NCBI GenBank assembly: GCA_963805625.1
Contig: CAWDVE010000013.1
Location: 448,001 to 512,000 of the forward strand
Direction: 5' to 3'
Length of the DNA: 64,000 nt
Source: an uncultured Candidatus Rokubacteria bacterium
GTDB lineage: Bacteria > Methylomirabilota > Methylomirabilia > Rokubacteriales > DASRDR01
The notes under the pieces were generated by a model, which saw nothing but the letters and a program-made list of their open reading frames with translations, had not been told where the DNA came from and made no database searches. Of the stretch, positions 26,726-36,599 are shown in pieces. Each line of letters begins with the position of its first letter. The stretch's first letter is position 1. The translations under genes and the position numbers were made by a program.

Positions 26726-29700
26726 TCAGGCCTCGGCGCCGAGGGCCCGTGCCTCTTCGTGGAAGCGCCGGACGTTCCGCAGCTTGACGTCCTCGTAGCC
26801 GCGCACGATGTCGGGGAGGCGCGCGATCCGCACGGCGCGCTCGTGGCGCTCGGGACCGAGGTCGCGGAGCGCGCGCTCCACCATGCCCCGGTACTCGGCG
26901 ACGAGCGCCCGCTCGACCCGGCGGACCCGTGCGAAGCCGAACGGATCGAGCGCGGTGCCCCGGAGACGGCGCAGCGCGACCAGCAGCCGGAACACGCCCT
27001 CGATCCACGCGCCGAGCGAGAGCTTCCGCTTCATGCCCAGCGCCCGGAGGATCGGCGGCTGGAGCTCATAGCGCACCTTGGCCTCGCCCATCTCCGCCTG
27101 GATCGACGCGCGGACCTCGGGCCGCAGGTGGAGCCGCGCCACCTCGTACTCGTCCTTGTAGGCCATCAGCTTGTAGAGATGGCGCGCCACCGTCTCGGCG
27201 AGCTTAGTCTCGCCAGGCACAGCCGTCCGCTCCGCCTCGGCGACCGTCCGGACGAAGTCGACGTACCGGCGCGCGTACTCCCCGTCCTGGTACGCGATCA
27301 GCTCAGGGACCCGGATCTCGAGCAGCCGCCGCAGCTCGCCGCTCGCTCCCAGGGAGTCGATCAGAGCGCACGCCTCGAGCCCGAGCTCTCCCCGCACGGC
27401 CACGGCACCCGCGCGGCCGCGCTCGATCGTCCCCACCCATCCGGGATCGGCGACCAGAAGCCGGCCGACGCGGAACGCCTGGGCGTTCATCTCGACCTGG
27501 ACGCCGTTGATCGCGATGGCCTCCTCGATCGCCGCGGCCCGCACGGGGATCGCCCCCGCCTGGTAGGCCGCGCCCAGCAGGATCATGTTGGCGGCCATGT
27601 GGTCGCCGAAGAGGGACTCGCCCAGGCCGAGGGCGTCGACGAACACGTTCTCGTCCTTCCGGGTCACCCGGTTGACCGACGCGATGAGCCCGCCCGGGTC
27701 GGGGAACGCGACGTCGGTCGAGGCCACCATCGCGCCCGTCGGCACCTGGGTGGTCGAGACGACGGCGATCGTGAGATCAGGCCGCGCGCGCAGGAGATTC
27801 GGCGCCGAGGTCGCGACGAGCAGGTCGAAGCCCAGGTAGAGGTCGGCCTCGGCGACGCCCACCTTGCCGGCGATGTCGGCCGCGGTCTCGCCGATGCGAA
27901 GGTGCGAGACTACCGGCCCGCCCTTTTGGCTGAGACCGGTCTGGTCGAGGCCCGCGACGTGCTTGCCGTCGAGGAGTGCGGCGGTCCCCAGGATCTGGTT
28001 CACGGTCACGACGCCGGTGCCCCCGATCCCCATCAGGAAGAGGCTCGCCGTCCTCCGAACGCGCAGCTCGGGCTCAGGCAGGCTCCGGTCGACGACGTAG
28101 CGCTTCCGGGGCCTGGGGCGCAGCCCCCCCGCCGGCACCACCGTGAGGAAGGAGGGGCAGTCACCCCGGAGGCACGAGTAGTCCTTGTTGCAGGACGACT
28201 GGTGGATCTGGGTCTTGCGACCGAACTCCGTCTCGACCGGCTGGACGGACAGACAGTTCGACTTGACGCCGCAGTCGCCGCATCCCTCGCACACGAGCTC
28301 GTTGATGACCACGCGCATGGCGGGATCGGGAAGCTTGCCGCGCTTCCGGAGCCGCCGCTTCTCGGCGGCGCAGCGCTGGTCGTAGATCAGGGCCGTGACC
28401 CCGGGCGCCTCCCGAAGGATCCGCTGGGCCTCGTCCAGGCGGTCCCGGTGCCAGACCTCTACGCCGGGCGCCCAGCGCGCGCCCTGTGGATACTTTTCCG
28501 GCTCGTCGGTGAGCACCAGGATGCGCCCCACGCCCTCGGCGTCGAGCTGGCGGGTGAGCGCCGGCACGGGCACCGCCCCCGCCGCGTCCTGGCCGCCGGT
28601 CATCGCGACCGCGGAGTTGTACAGGATCTTGAAGGTCACGCGGGTACCCGCCGCGACCGCCTGGCGGATCGCGAGAGATCCCGAGTGGAACAGGGTGCCG
28701 TCGCCGAGCTGCTGGAAGAGGTGCGGCACGTCGACGAACGGCGCGAGGCCCACCCACTGGACGCCTTCGCCTCCCATCTGGGTGATCCCGATGACGTTCC
28801 GCCCCATGTTCATCGCCAGGCCGTGACAGCCGATCCCGCCGGCAGCCATCGAGCCCTCGGGTACCACGGTCGACCGGTTGTGGGGGCACCCGGAGCAGAA
28901 GTAGGGCGGGCGGGCCAGGGTGAGCGAGATCGGCCGCTCGCGCGCCGCCTCGATGACCGCGACGCGCGCCCGGACGGAGTCCAGAGCGATCCGGCGCTCG
29001 AGACGACGGGCGACCACCCGGGCCACGACGTCGGCGTCGAGCTCCCCGTCCGCCGGAACGAGGATCTGGCCGGCGTCGTCCCGCTTGCCCACGATGCGGG
29101 GGCGGTCGGGTAGCTCGTAGAGCGCCTCGCGGAGGAGCAACTCGAGGAAGCCGCGCTTCTCCTCGACCACGAGTAGCTCCTCGAGCCCGCGGGCGAACTC
29201 CCGGACGATCCCCCGTTCCAGCGGGTAGAGCATCCCGAGCTTGAGGAGCCGGATCCCGTGACGGCGAAGCGCCGCGTCGTCGAGACCCAGGTCGCCCAGC
29301 GCCTGCCGGAGGTCGTAGTAGGTCTTGCCCGCCGACGCGATGCCGAGCCACGCGCCGGGCGTCTCCACCGTGATCCGGTTGAGCCCGTTGGCGGCGGCGA
29401 ACGCCCGGGCGGCCTCGAGGCGTCCGTACACGATCTCGCGCTCGGCGTCGAGCGTGTAGGGCGGCAAGAGCCCCGGGATCTGGCGCACCTCCCACGGGCG
29501 CCCTTCGTAGACGAATCCCGGATCCGCGATCCTCACCCGGTCGGGATGGACTTCTGCGGTGCCCACCGCATCGGCAACGTCGGTCACGACCTTGAAGGCC
29601 ACCCAGAGCCCGGAGTAGCGCGACAGCTCGAAGCCGAGGCGCCCGAGGTCGAGGATGTCCTGGACGCTGCCGGGGAAGAGTACCGGCATCTGGAAGTCGT

Positions 29701-30205
29701 AGAAGGCGACCTCGGAATGGGTGGGCAGGGTGGACGACTTGGCCTGCGGATCGTCGCCGGCCAGCGCCAGCACGCCGCCGTGCCGTCCGATGCCCGCGAA
29801 GTTCGCGTGGCGGAGAATGTCGCCGCTCCGGTCGACGCCGGGCGCCTTGCCATACCACATGCCGAGCACACCGTCGTGGCGCGCGCCCCCGTAGAGGTGA
29901 GCGAGCTGGCTGCCGAACACGGCGGTGGCGCCGAGATCCTCGTTCACGCCCGAGATGAAGACGACCTGGTGCTCGCTCAGGAGGGCTCGGTGGCGCTCGA
30001 CCGTCTGATCCAGCCCGCCGAGGGGCGATCCCCGGTACCCGGAGATGAGGGTCGCCGTGTCGAGGCCACGGCGGCGATCGGCGCGGTGCTGGTCGAGCGG
30101 GAGGCGCACGAGGGCCTGGACGCCGGACATGAAGACGCGGCCGGCCTCGAGTCGATACTTCATCTCGAGGGAGAAGGGCTCAGGGGCCTTCAGGATCGTT
30201 TCCAC
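26726..30205 (-). CDS. Indolepyruvate:ferredoxin oxidoreductase family, fused alpha-beta
   Basis: SGYRGSPLGG, WYGKAPGVDRSGD, FCSGCPHN, TPP motif GDGT...NSAVAMTGGQ, CEGCGDC and YKLMAYKDEYEVARL. Confidence 0.95.
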   Translation of the reverse strand: METILKAPEPFSLEMKYRLEAGRVFMSGVQALVRLPLDQHRADRRRGLDTATLISGYRGSPLGGLDQTVERHRALLSEHQVVFISGVNEDLGATAVFGSQLAHLYGGARHDGVLGMWYGKAPGVDRSGDILRHANFAGIGRHGGVLALAGDDPQAKSSTLPTHSEVAFYDFQMPVLFPGSVQDILDLGRLGFELSRYSGLWVAFKVVTDVADAVGTAEVHPDRVRIADPGFVYEGRPWEVRQIPGLLPPYTLDAEREIVYGRLEAARAFAAANGLNRITVETPGAWLGIASAGKTYYDLRQALGDLGLDDAALRRHGIRLLKLGMLYPLERGIVREFARGLEELLVVEEKRGFLELLLREALYELPDRPRIVGKRDDAGQILVPADGELDADVVARVVARRLERRIALDSVRARVAVIEAARERPISLTLARPPYFCSGCPHNRSTVVPEGSMAAGGIGCHGLAMNMGRNVIGITQMGGEGVQWVGLAPFVDVPHLFQQLGDGTLFHSGSLAIRQAVAAGTRVTFKILYNSAVAMTGGQDAAGAVPVPALTRQLDAEGVGRILVLTDEPEKYPQGARWAPGVEVWHRDRLDEAQRILREAPGVTALIYDQRCAAEKRRLRKRGKLPDPAMRVVINELVCEGCGDCGVKSNCLSVQPVETEFGRKTQIHQSSCNKDYSCLRGDCPSFLTVVPAGGLRPRPRKRYVVDRSLPEPELRVRRTASLFLMGIGGTGVVTVNQILGTAALLDGKHVAGLDQTGLSQKGGPVVSHLRIGETAADIAGKVGVAEADLYLGFDLLVATSAPNLLRARPDLTIAVVSTTQVPTGAMVASTDVAFPDPGGLIASVNRVTRKDENVFVDALGLGESLFGDHMAANMILLGAAYQAGAIPVRAAAIEEAIAINGVQVEMNAQAFRVGRLLVADPGWVGTIERGRAGAVAVRGELGLEACALIDSLGASGELRRLLEIRVPELIAYQDGEYARRYVDFVRTVAEAERTAVPGETKLAETVARHLYKLMAYKDEYEVARLHLRPEVRASIQAEMGEAKVRYELQPPILRALGMKRKLSLGAWIEGVFRLLVALRRLRGTALDPFGFARVRRVERALVAEYRGMVERALRDLGPERHERAVRIARLPDIVRGYEDVKLRNVRRFHEEARALGAEA

Positions 30206-30293
30206 GCCGCCGCTCCTCGACTGCCCACCAGAAACGCGAAAGGGGCCCGCCGGCCCCTCGCCGCTCGCTCGCGTCCACCCGACGTCCCGTGCG

Positions 30294-30512
30294 TCAGTGG
30301 CAGCCGCACCCGCCCCGGCCGCACCCACAACCACCGCCGCTCGCCGGGCTCGCCGAAGCCACGAACCCCTGCCCGCTCTTGAACCCGAACAGGGACAGGA
30401 GACGCGTCACGTCCGTGCTGTCACAGGCCGGGCACGCGACCGCCTGTTGTGAGTGCACGAGACGCTCGAACGACCGACCGCAGGCGGCGCAGCGGTACTC
30501 GTAGATCGGCAT
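30294..30512 (-). CDS. FmdB family zinc-ribbon protein
   Basis: MPIYEYRCAACG...CPACDS; Cys/Gly-rich tail. Confidence 0.92.
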   Translation of the reverse strand: MPIYEYRCAACGRSFERLVHSQQAVACPACDSTDVTRLLSLFGFKSGQGFVASASPASGGGCGCGRGGCGCH

Positions 30513-30517
30513 CGAGC

Positions 30518-30718
30518 TTACTGCCCGCCCCGCTGGACGTAGCTCTTCACGAACTCCTCGGCGTTCTCCTCGAGGATGTCGTCGATCTCGTCCAGGAGCT
30601 TGTCGAGGTCTTCCTTGATCTTCTTGCCCTTCTTGGACACCTCGGGGTTCGCAGCCGCCCCCTCGCCGTCCCCGTCACCCTTCGGCCGCTCGACCTTCTT
30701 CTTCTGTTGCTCGGCCAT
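30518..30718 (-). CDS. pup: Prokaryotic ubiquitin-like protein Pup
   Basis: 66 aa; DLDKLLDEIDDILEENAEEFVKSYVQRGGQ* matches the Pup C-terminal consensus with a GGQ end. Confidence 0.95.
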   Translation of the reverse strand: MAEQQKKKVERPKGDGDGEGAAANPEVSKKGKKIKEDLDKLLDEIDDILEENAEEFVKSYVQRGGQ

Positions 30719-30727
30719 GTCGCCCCC

Positions 30728-31282
30728 TTACACCTTGGGCAGCACGATGCCCTGCTGCGCCTGGTACTTTCCCTGGCGGTCCGCATACGAGACGGCGCAG
30801 ACCTCGTCCGACTCGAAGAAGATCACCTGGGCAATGCCCTCGTTCGCGTAGATACGGGCCGGGAGCGGTGTCGTGTTCGAGATCTCGAGAGTCACGAACC
30901 CCTCCCACTCCGGCTCGAACGGTGTCACGTTCGTGATGATGCCGCATCGCGCGTAGGTGGACTTGCCGACACAGATCGTCATCACGTTGCGCGGGATGCG
31001 GAAGTACTCGATCGACCGGCCGAGCGCGAACGAGTTGGGCGGGATCACGCACATGTCGCCCTGGAAGTCCACGAAGGACCGCGAGTCGAACGCCTTGGGG
31101 TCGACGACCGTGTTGAAGACGTTCGTGAAGATCTTGAAGGAATCCGCGATCCGGATGTCGTAGCCGTAGGAAGACAGGCCGTAGGAGATCACGCCCGTGC
31201 GAAACTGCCGTTCCTCGAAGGGCTCGATCATGCCCTTGTCGACGGCCATCCGCTTGATCCAGCGATCGCTTTTGATCGTCAC
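30728..31282 (-). CDS. dcd: dCTP deaminase
   Basis: [29 protein letters not shown] and EPEWEG. Confidence 0.96.
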   Translation of the reverse strand: MTIKSDRWIKRMAVDKGMIEPFEERQFRTGVISYGLSSYGYDIRIADSFKIFTNVFNTVVDPKAFDSRSFVDFQGDMCVIPPNSFALGRSIEYFRIPRNVMTICVGKSTYARCGIITNVTPFEPEWEGFVTLEISNTTPLPARIYANEGIAQVIFFESDEVCAVSYADRQGKYQAQQGIVLPKV

Positions 31283-31330
31283 GCCGACACCGGCGCGGGG
31301 ACGGCCGGCCGATCCCCGTAGCCCAGGCTC

Positions 31331-31359
31331 AGGGTAGCCCCCGGCACTAGGGCAGTCAA
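31331..31359 (-). promoter_or_regulatory. Sigma70-type promoter of the dcd-pup operon
   Basis: TTGACT-N17-TACCCT. Confidence 0.55.
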
Positions 31360-31431
31360 GCCTTTTACCACTCTCTTGCCGCCCGCGGGGCCGACGGGGG
31401 AGCGGTCCGCCCTGTGCTAGAGTACGTGTCG

Positions 31432-31656
31432 ATGCGCCCCGAGGAAACGCCCGAGCCCGTCCTGACGCCGCGCCTGCGTCTCGGGTTCGGGATGCTCGCT
31501 TTCGGCCTCGGGCTCATGTTCTTCTCGGGCAAGGTCCTCCCGAGCCCACTGCCCGCCGGCATCGCGGGCGGGATCACGCTGGGAATCGCCGGGCTCGTCG
31601 TGGTGATCGTGGACGCGCTGCGCGAGCCGCCGGAGGGACCGACTCAGTCCCGGTAG
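31432..31656 (+). CDS. Small hypothetical membrane protein (two TM helices)
   Basis: Two hydrophobic helices; TGnTAGAGT just upstream. Confidence 0.65.
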   Translation: MRPEETPEPVLTPRLRLGFGMLAFGLGLMFFSGKVLPSPLPAGIAGGITLGIAGLVVVIVDALREPPEGPTQSR

Positions 31657-31991
31657 GCCGGGCTGCGCCGACTCGCGGGTCGGCCACCCCCGCTGCCTCG
31701 CTTCTGGAAGCAATCACGGCAGTAGACCGGCTTCCCCGCCGTCGGCCGGAACGGGACCTGCGTCTCCTTGCCGCACTCCGAGCACACGGCGGGGTGGAGC
31801 GCGCGGTTCCCGGTGTCCGAGCCCGCCGATCCGCCACCCCCTGCCCCGCCCTTCCGCGTGGTCCGGCAGGTCTTGCACCGGGTTGGTTCGTGCTCGAATC
31901 CCTTCTCGGCATAGAAGCTCTGCTCACCGGCGGTGAACATGAACTCTTTGCCGCAGTCACGGCACGTCAGCATCTTGTCCTGGAAGCTCAT
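31644..31991 (-). CDS. Zinc-ribbon plus CxxC-x17-CxxC domain protein
   Basis: FQDKMLTCRDCGKEFMFTAGEQSFY...PTRCKTCR; CSECGKETQVPFRPTAGKPVYCRDCF. Confidence 0.92.
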   Translation of the reverse strand: MSFQDKMLTCRDCGKEFMFTAGEQSFYAEKGFEHEPTRCKTCRTTRKGGAGGGGSAGSDTGNRALHPAVCSECGKETQVPFRPTAGKPVYCRDCFQKRGSGGGRPASRRSPAYRD

Positions 31992-32204
31992 GGTTCGTGC
32001 GTCTCCTTTGACTTACGCGGGGCGGAGGGGTGTCCGGGGCGGTCGCGGCTCAGTCTCACCTCCCTGGAAGGATCGAGGTACCCGGCGCGCGGGGGACGGG
32101 GGGACACGCGGGAACGGATCCGAGCGGCTCGCTCAGCGGCGTGTGAGGACCCAGGATCGAGGCAGAGAGGACACGCTTGAAGACCGGTTGCTGAATTTGC
32201 GGGG

Positions 32205-32233
32205 ACGATAGCAAGGGGGTCTGCCGGCGTCAA
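32205..32233 (-). promoter_or_regulatory. Sigma70-type promoter about 200 nt upstream of the zinc-ribbon gene
   Basis: TTGACG-N17-TATCGT with an extended -10 TG. Confidence 0.6.
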
Positions 32234-32279
32234 CTCCAAAAAGCGCCGCCTCTCATTTGGGCTCGCCCCCGGGTGTGTC

Positions 32280-33188
32280 TCAGGGAAGCCGCTCGACCTG
32301 CGCTCCTCGGATGTCGGCGCGCAGGACGTGTCCGCGCCCCACGTGGCCCGCGCTTGCCAGCGCCGCGGTCATGGCCCCGGCGACCCCGTCGCCGCTGCCC
32401 GTAAGCGCCAGACCCAGGACGGACGGCCCCGCTCCCGAGAGGGCCGCGCCCAGCGCACCCGCCCCGCGTGCGGCGGCCAGTACCCCGTCGAGCCAGGGGA
32501 ACATGGCGCGGCCACGGTATGGCTGGTGCAGCCGATCGCTCATCGCCTGCCCGACCAGGTCCCAGCGACCCTGTGTCCACGCCGCCACCAGGAGAGCCAC
32601 GCGCACCACGTTGTAGACCGCGTCCGGCCGCGGGTAGCTCGCTGGCAGCGCCGCTCGAGCCGCCGCCGTGGAGGCCTCGAAGTCCGGGACGAGCACCGCG
32701 AACTCGACCTCTTCGGGCACCGGTAGCGACACGATGGCCCGCGTCTCGGCATCCCAGCAGGTCACCGTCACGCCGCCGTGTAGAGAGGCGCCCAGGTTGT
32801 CCGGATGACCCTCCTGCCCGACCGCGAGGTCCATCACAGCGTCCCGCCCGAGCGGATCCCCGAGGAGGGCGTTGGCCCCGAGGATGCCGGCGAGCCACGC
32901 GCTCCCGCTCGATCCGAGCCCCCGGCCGGGCGGGATGCGGTTCCGCTGGCGGACGGCCAGCCCCCGGAAAGGCTGGCCCGCGGCCTCGTAGACGAGCCGG
33001 GCACCCCGCACCACGACGTTCCGCCCGTCCCGGGGAAGACTCGCCTCGCCCTCGCCCTCGACCAGGACCGTGAGCCCGTCGGCCTCGGCGAGCTCGGCGA
33101 CGTTGTGAAGGGCGAGCGCAACCCCCAGGACGTCGAACCCCGGCCCGAAGTTGGCCGAGCTCGCCGGAACGGTCACGCGGACGCGCAC
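32280..33188 (-). CDS. thrB: Homoserine kinase
   Basis: VPASSANFGPGFDVLG, IPPGRGLGSS, EGHPDN, DRLHQPYR and LSGAGPS. Confidence 0.96.
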   Translation of the reverse strand: MRVRVTVPASSANFGPGFDVLGVALALHNVAELAEADGLTVLVEGEGEASLPRDGRNVVVRGARLVYEAAGQPFRGLAVRQRNRIPPGRGLGSSGSAWLAGILGANALLGDPLGRDAVMDLAVGQEGHPDNLGASLHGGVTVTCWDAETRAIVSLPVPEEVEFAVLVPDFEASTAAARAALPASYPRPDAVYNVVRVALLVAAWTQGRWDLVGQAMSDRLHQPYRGRAMFPWLDGVLAAARGAGALGAALSGAGPSVLGLALTGSGDGVAGAMTAALASAGHVGRGHVLRADIRGAQVERLP

Positions 33189-33232
33189 GGATCAGGCGCG
33201 CGGGCGGTCGCGACCGGGAAGGCCGGAGCGCC

Positions 33233-33973
33233 CTACAGGCGCTTGAGGAGCCACTGGGGCGTGAGGCTCAGCGCGTACGAGTTGAGGACGATGAAGTAGT
33301 TGGTGGCGACCAGGACGCCGACGACGACGAGGAGGGCGCCCGCAGTCCGCTCGACGACGGGAATCCACGGGCGGAACCGACGGAACGCCGCGAGGAACGC
33401 CCCGAGGGCGACCGACGAGAGGACGAACGGCAGCGCGAGCCCGGCGGAATACGCGACGAGCAGCGCCACTCCGGACGACACCGTCTCCGCCGTCCCGGCC
33501 AGCGAGAGGATGGATCCGAGAATCGGGCCGACGCAGGGCGTCCAGCCGATCGCGAACGTCACGCCGACGAGCCACGACCCGATGAGGCCGGCCGGCTTGG
33601 AGCGGAGCTGGAGCTGCTGGTAGCGCCCCAGGAAGCCGAGCGGGAGCATGCCGGCGACGTAGAGCCCGAAGACAATGATGAGAAGCCCGCCCACGAGGCG
33701 GATCCGCTCGCGGTAGTCGAACAGGAGCTGTCCGAGCGCGCTGAAAGACGCTCCCATGCCGACGAAGACCATGGAGAAGCCAACCACGAAGGCCAGGGAG
33801 TTGGCGAGGATCCACCGGCGGCCCCGCGCGTCCCCGGCCGCCGACTGGAGCTGGTCGATAGACATCCCGGTGATGAAGGAGAGGTACGAAGGAAAGAGTG
33901 GCAGCACGCACGGCGACAGGAAGGAGAACAGCCCTCCCCCGAACGCCACCAGGATTGACAGCTCACCCGCCAT
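33233..33973 (-). CDS. ccdA: Cytochrome c biogenesis protein CcdA
   Basis: SFLSPCVLPL and GWTPCVGPILG motifs; multiple TM helices. Confidence 0.94.
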   Translation of the reverse strand: MAGELSILVAFGGGLFSFLSPCVLPLFPSYLSFITGMSIDQLQSAAGDARGRRWILANSLAFVVGFSMVFVGMGASFSALGQLLFDYRERIRLVGGLLIIVFGLYVAGMLPLGFLGRYQQLQLRSKPAGLIGSWLVGVTFAIGWTPCVGPILGSILSLAGTAETVSSGVALLVAYSAGLALPFVLSSVALGAFLAAFRRFRPWIPVVERTAGALLVVVGVLVATNYFIVLNSYALSLTPQWLLKRL

Positions 33974-34051
33974 CAGCTGCGCGCCACCGGCCCGCTGGGG
34001 CAGTTGTAACAGACGCCTCGCCGGGGCGCAACGGGCGCGCGGGCCGGCGAG

Positions 34052-34945
34052 TCAGCCCCGCGGGAGCTGGGCGAGCACGGACTTCGGGATCACCAGCCGC
34101 ACGCCCATGATGGGCCGCGGCGAGGTGCCGACGACGAGGTCGCCCACGAGCGACAGGAGCATGTACGCGTCCTCCTCGTCCATCCCGTGGTCCTCGACGA
34201 GGTAGACGACACCCTGCTCGACCGCGTCGCGCGCCGCGGTGTCGAGACCGGGACCGAAGCCGACGATGTGGAGCGCGGTCGGCGTCTCGATGCGGGGCCG
34301 GGCGACGGTCTTCGGCAGCACCCCGAAGCGGAGCCGCGCCGTCGCCGCGCACTCGACCCCGGTTCCGCAGGCGATCCCGTCCGAGATGATCGCGTGCGGG
34401 TCGCCGAGCGCGAACAGGGCGCCCGGGACGAAGACCGGGAGGTACACGCGGTTCCCCGCCGCCACCTCCTTCTGGTCGAGGTCGCCGCCGTGGAAGCCCG
34501 CGATCCCCGCGCGCCCCCCCGCGGCCGGGGTCGTGGAGAAGGTGCCGAAGTTCGGATAGGCGGGAATGCGGAGCCCGTCGAAGAGGACCGCCCCGTCGCG
34601 GATCGGGATGCGCTTGATCCGGGGCGTGGGGAAGCGCTCGGGCAGGAAGCCCGCATTGCGCTGGATGGCGACGAACCCCTCGGCGGCCGCCACGATCTCG
34701 AGAATGTCGATGACGAGTGTCTGCCCCGGCGCGGCACCCTCGATGTAGACGGGCCCCGTGGCTGGCGGCGTCGGGTGCCCCTCCCACTCAGGCGTGAACG
34801 GGTCGGGGACCCGCGCGATGTCGCGCTCGCCTCCGAAGGCGTCCTGGACCTCGATGAGGAGCTCCTCGCCCGGCTTGATCCAGAGCGCCGGCGGGTGCGT
34901 CGGATCGAAGTGGAAGATGGCGTGCTTGGCCGACAGCCGCTTCAT
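34052..34945 (-). CDS. Acetamidase/formamidase family protein
   Basis: TGPVYIEGAAPG, GGDLD, YLPVFVPGALFALGDPHA..SDG and AYMLLS. Confidence 0.88.
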   Translation of the reverse strand: MKRLSAKHAIFHFDPTHPPALWIKPGEELLIEVQDAFGGERDIARVPDPFTPEWEGHPTPPATGPVYIEGAAPGQTLVIDILEIVAAAEGFVAIQRNAGFLPERFPTPRIKRIPIRDGAVLFDGLRIPAYPNFGTFSTTPAAGGRAGIAGFHGGDLDQKEVAAGNRVYLPVFVPGALFALGDPHAIISDGIACGTGVECAATARLRFGVLPKTVARPRIETPTALHIVGFGPGLDTAARDAVEQGVVYLVEDHGMDEEDAYMLLSLVGDLVVGTSPRPIMGVRLVIPKSVLAQLPRG

Positions 34946-34996
34946 GGCCGAGCTCCCACGCTCGCGTTCATCCGAGTCCCACCACTCACGCCCTTC

Positions 34997-36343
34997 CTAC
35001 CTGCTCCAGCGGGCGAAGATGCGGCGCATCTCCGCCTCGGCAGCGCGCACGGAAGCCTCGGGAGTCTGCTCGCCGCGCGCGGCGCGCGCGAACATCGCGG
35101 GAATGACCCCGCGCTGCAACGTCTCGTCGATGGCCGGCGTGACGGGGCCCGGATGCCCCGGCAGGGCGCTCCAGCGGTCGGCCTCGGCGAGAAGCGCGTA
35201 GCGGTCGGCGGGCTGGGCGGGCACGCCCTTCCGGGCCGGGACGGCCTTCACGCGGCCGAGCTTCCGCCGGAGGTCGTGCACCGCCCGGGGGAAGCACGGA
35301 AGATTGTAGAACTCGCTGGCGCGGAACCCCTCGTCGGAGGCGGCCAGGAGGTCGACCAGGAAGCGCTTGGCCAGCTCGATCCTGTCGGAGAACTTCCAGA
35401 TCACGTAGCAGTGGAGCACGTTCGCCGGCGCCAGACGCCCGGCAGGCCCGGCGGCAGGGGGCGCGAGGACCACCTGCTGGGCGAGCAGGGGGTTGCTCTT
35501 CTCCATGCTCCGGATGGCCGAGATCGGGTTCTGGATGATCGAGGCCTGGCCCCACACGAATGCGCGATTGTTCGAGGCCGCGTCCCACATGAACACGTCC
35601 GAGGTCATGGACTCTCGGTAGATGGTCGCCATCAGCTTGACCGCCTCGATGGTCGCCGGAGAGTTGATGGCGACCTGGCCCGCCTCGTCCTGCTCGGCGG
35701 CGCCGAACGCCCAGAGGAGACCGCGGAGGGTCATGTTGCTGTCGGGCTCGGGCGCGAGGCCGAACCCGGCCGGGACCCCGCGCTTCTCCCGGATCTTGCG
35801 CGCGCCCTCACGAACGAGCTCCCAGGTATCCGGCTTGGTCCCGGCCTCTCCCCAGAGATCGCTCCGGTAGTGGAGCGGCGCAGCGGCCCAGCTCTCCGGC
35901 AGGGCGAAATGCTGCTTGGTCCTGGGGCTGAACGTGCCCTTCTGGACGAAGGCCGGGAGGTGCCCGAACCGGCGCTCGCACTCCGTCACGACGTCGGTCA
36001 AGGGTGTCACGTGCGGCTCGTACCCGACCGGCGACTCGGGGAACGCGAAGAGGTCATGCCCCTGCTGCGTCGCAACCTCGGTGTCGGCGCGCACACGGAG
36101 CTCGCTCAGCGAGAGATGGTCGATCTCGACGGTGACGCCGTTTCGCTGGCCCCACTCGCGGGCGAACTTCCGGTCGAACCAGTCGTCGTAGGCAGGGACG
36201 AAGTGCACCCACTGGGCGATACGGAGGACCGGCTGTGCCGCCGGGGATCGCCGTGGGAAGGCGACGGGCAGGCCGCCGGCCGCGATCGCGGTCGCCGCGC
36301 CGGCCAAGAGAGCGCGCCTGCTGGGACCCGTAGAACGCGGCAC
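34997..36343 (-). CDS. Carbohydrate ABC substrate-binding protein, Tat-exported
   Basis: SRRALL twin-arginine; QWVHFVPAYDDWFD; WDAASNN; YVIWKFS. Confidence 0.88.
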   Translation of the reverse strand: MPRSTGPSRRALLAGAATAIAAGGLPVAFPRRSPAAQPVLRIAQWVHFVPAYDDWFDRKFAREWGQRNGVTVEIDHLSLSELRVRADTEVATQQGHDLFAFPESPVGYEPHVTPLTDVVTECERRFGHLPAFVQKGTFSPRTKQHFALPESWAAAPLHYRSDLWGEAGTKPDTWELVREGARKIREKRGVPAGFGLAPEPDSNMTLRGLLWAFGAAEQDEAGQVAINSPATIEAVKLMATIYRESMTSDVFMWDAASNNRAFVWGQASIIQNPISAIRSMEKSNPLLAQQVVLAPPAAGPAGRLAPANVLHCYVIWKFSDRIELAKRFLVDLLAASDEGFRASEFYNLPCFPRAVHDLRRKLGRVKAVPARKGVPAQPADRYALLAEADRWSALPGHPGPVTPAIDETLQRGVIPAMFARAARGEQTPEASVRAAEAEMRRIFARWSR

Positions 36344-36599
36344 GGTCGATGTCCTCCCGTCGAACGCTGGGGTATTTAGCCTCCGGGCCCCCGCTCTGTC
36401 AAGGCGTGATCGTCGGTTTGACGGGATAGGCGGCGGACGCCTCGAGATCCAGCGGACCCAAGGGCGGCCCGCCGGATGCCCCGGGCACCGTGATATCCTT
36501 TACGACATTCGAAGACTGCCGTCGTGAGCCCCAACGTGGGGCCCAACATGGCGCGCCGCCGTCATGGTGTGGAGCCGAAGCTCCAAGAGGAGGGGCAGC

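Noticed and set aside
30518-30718. UBact rather than Pup
   Set aside because: The C-terminus is GGQ with the Pup helix consensus, not R[ST]G[EQ].
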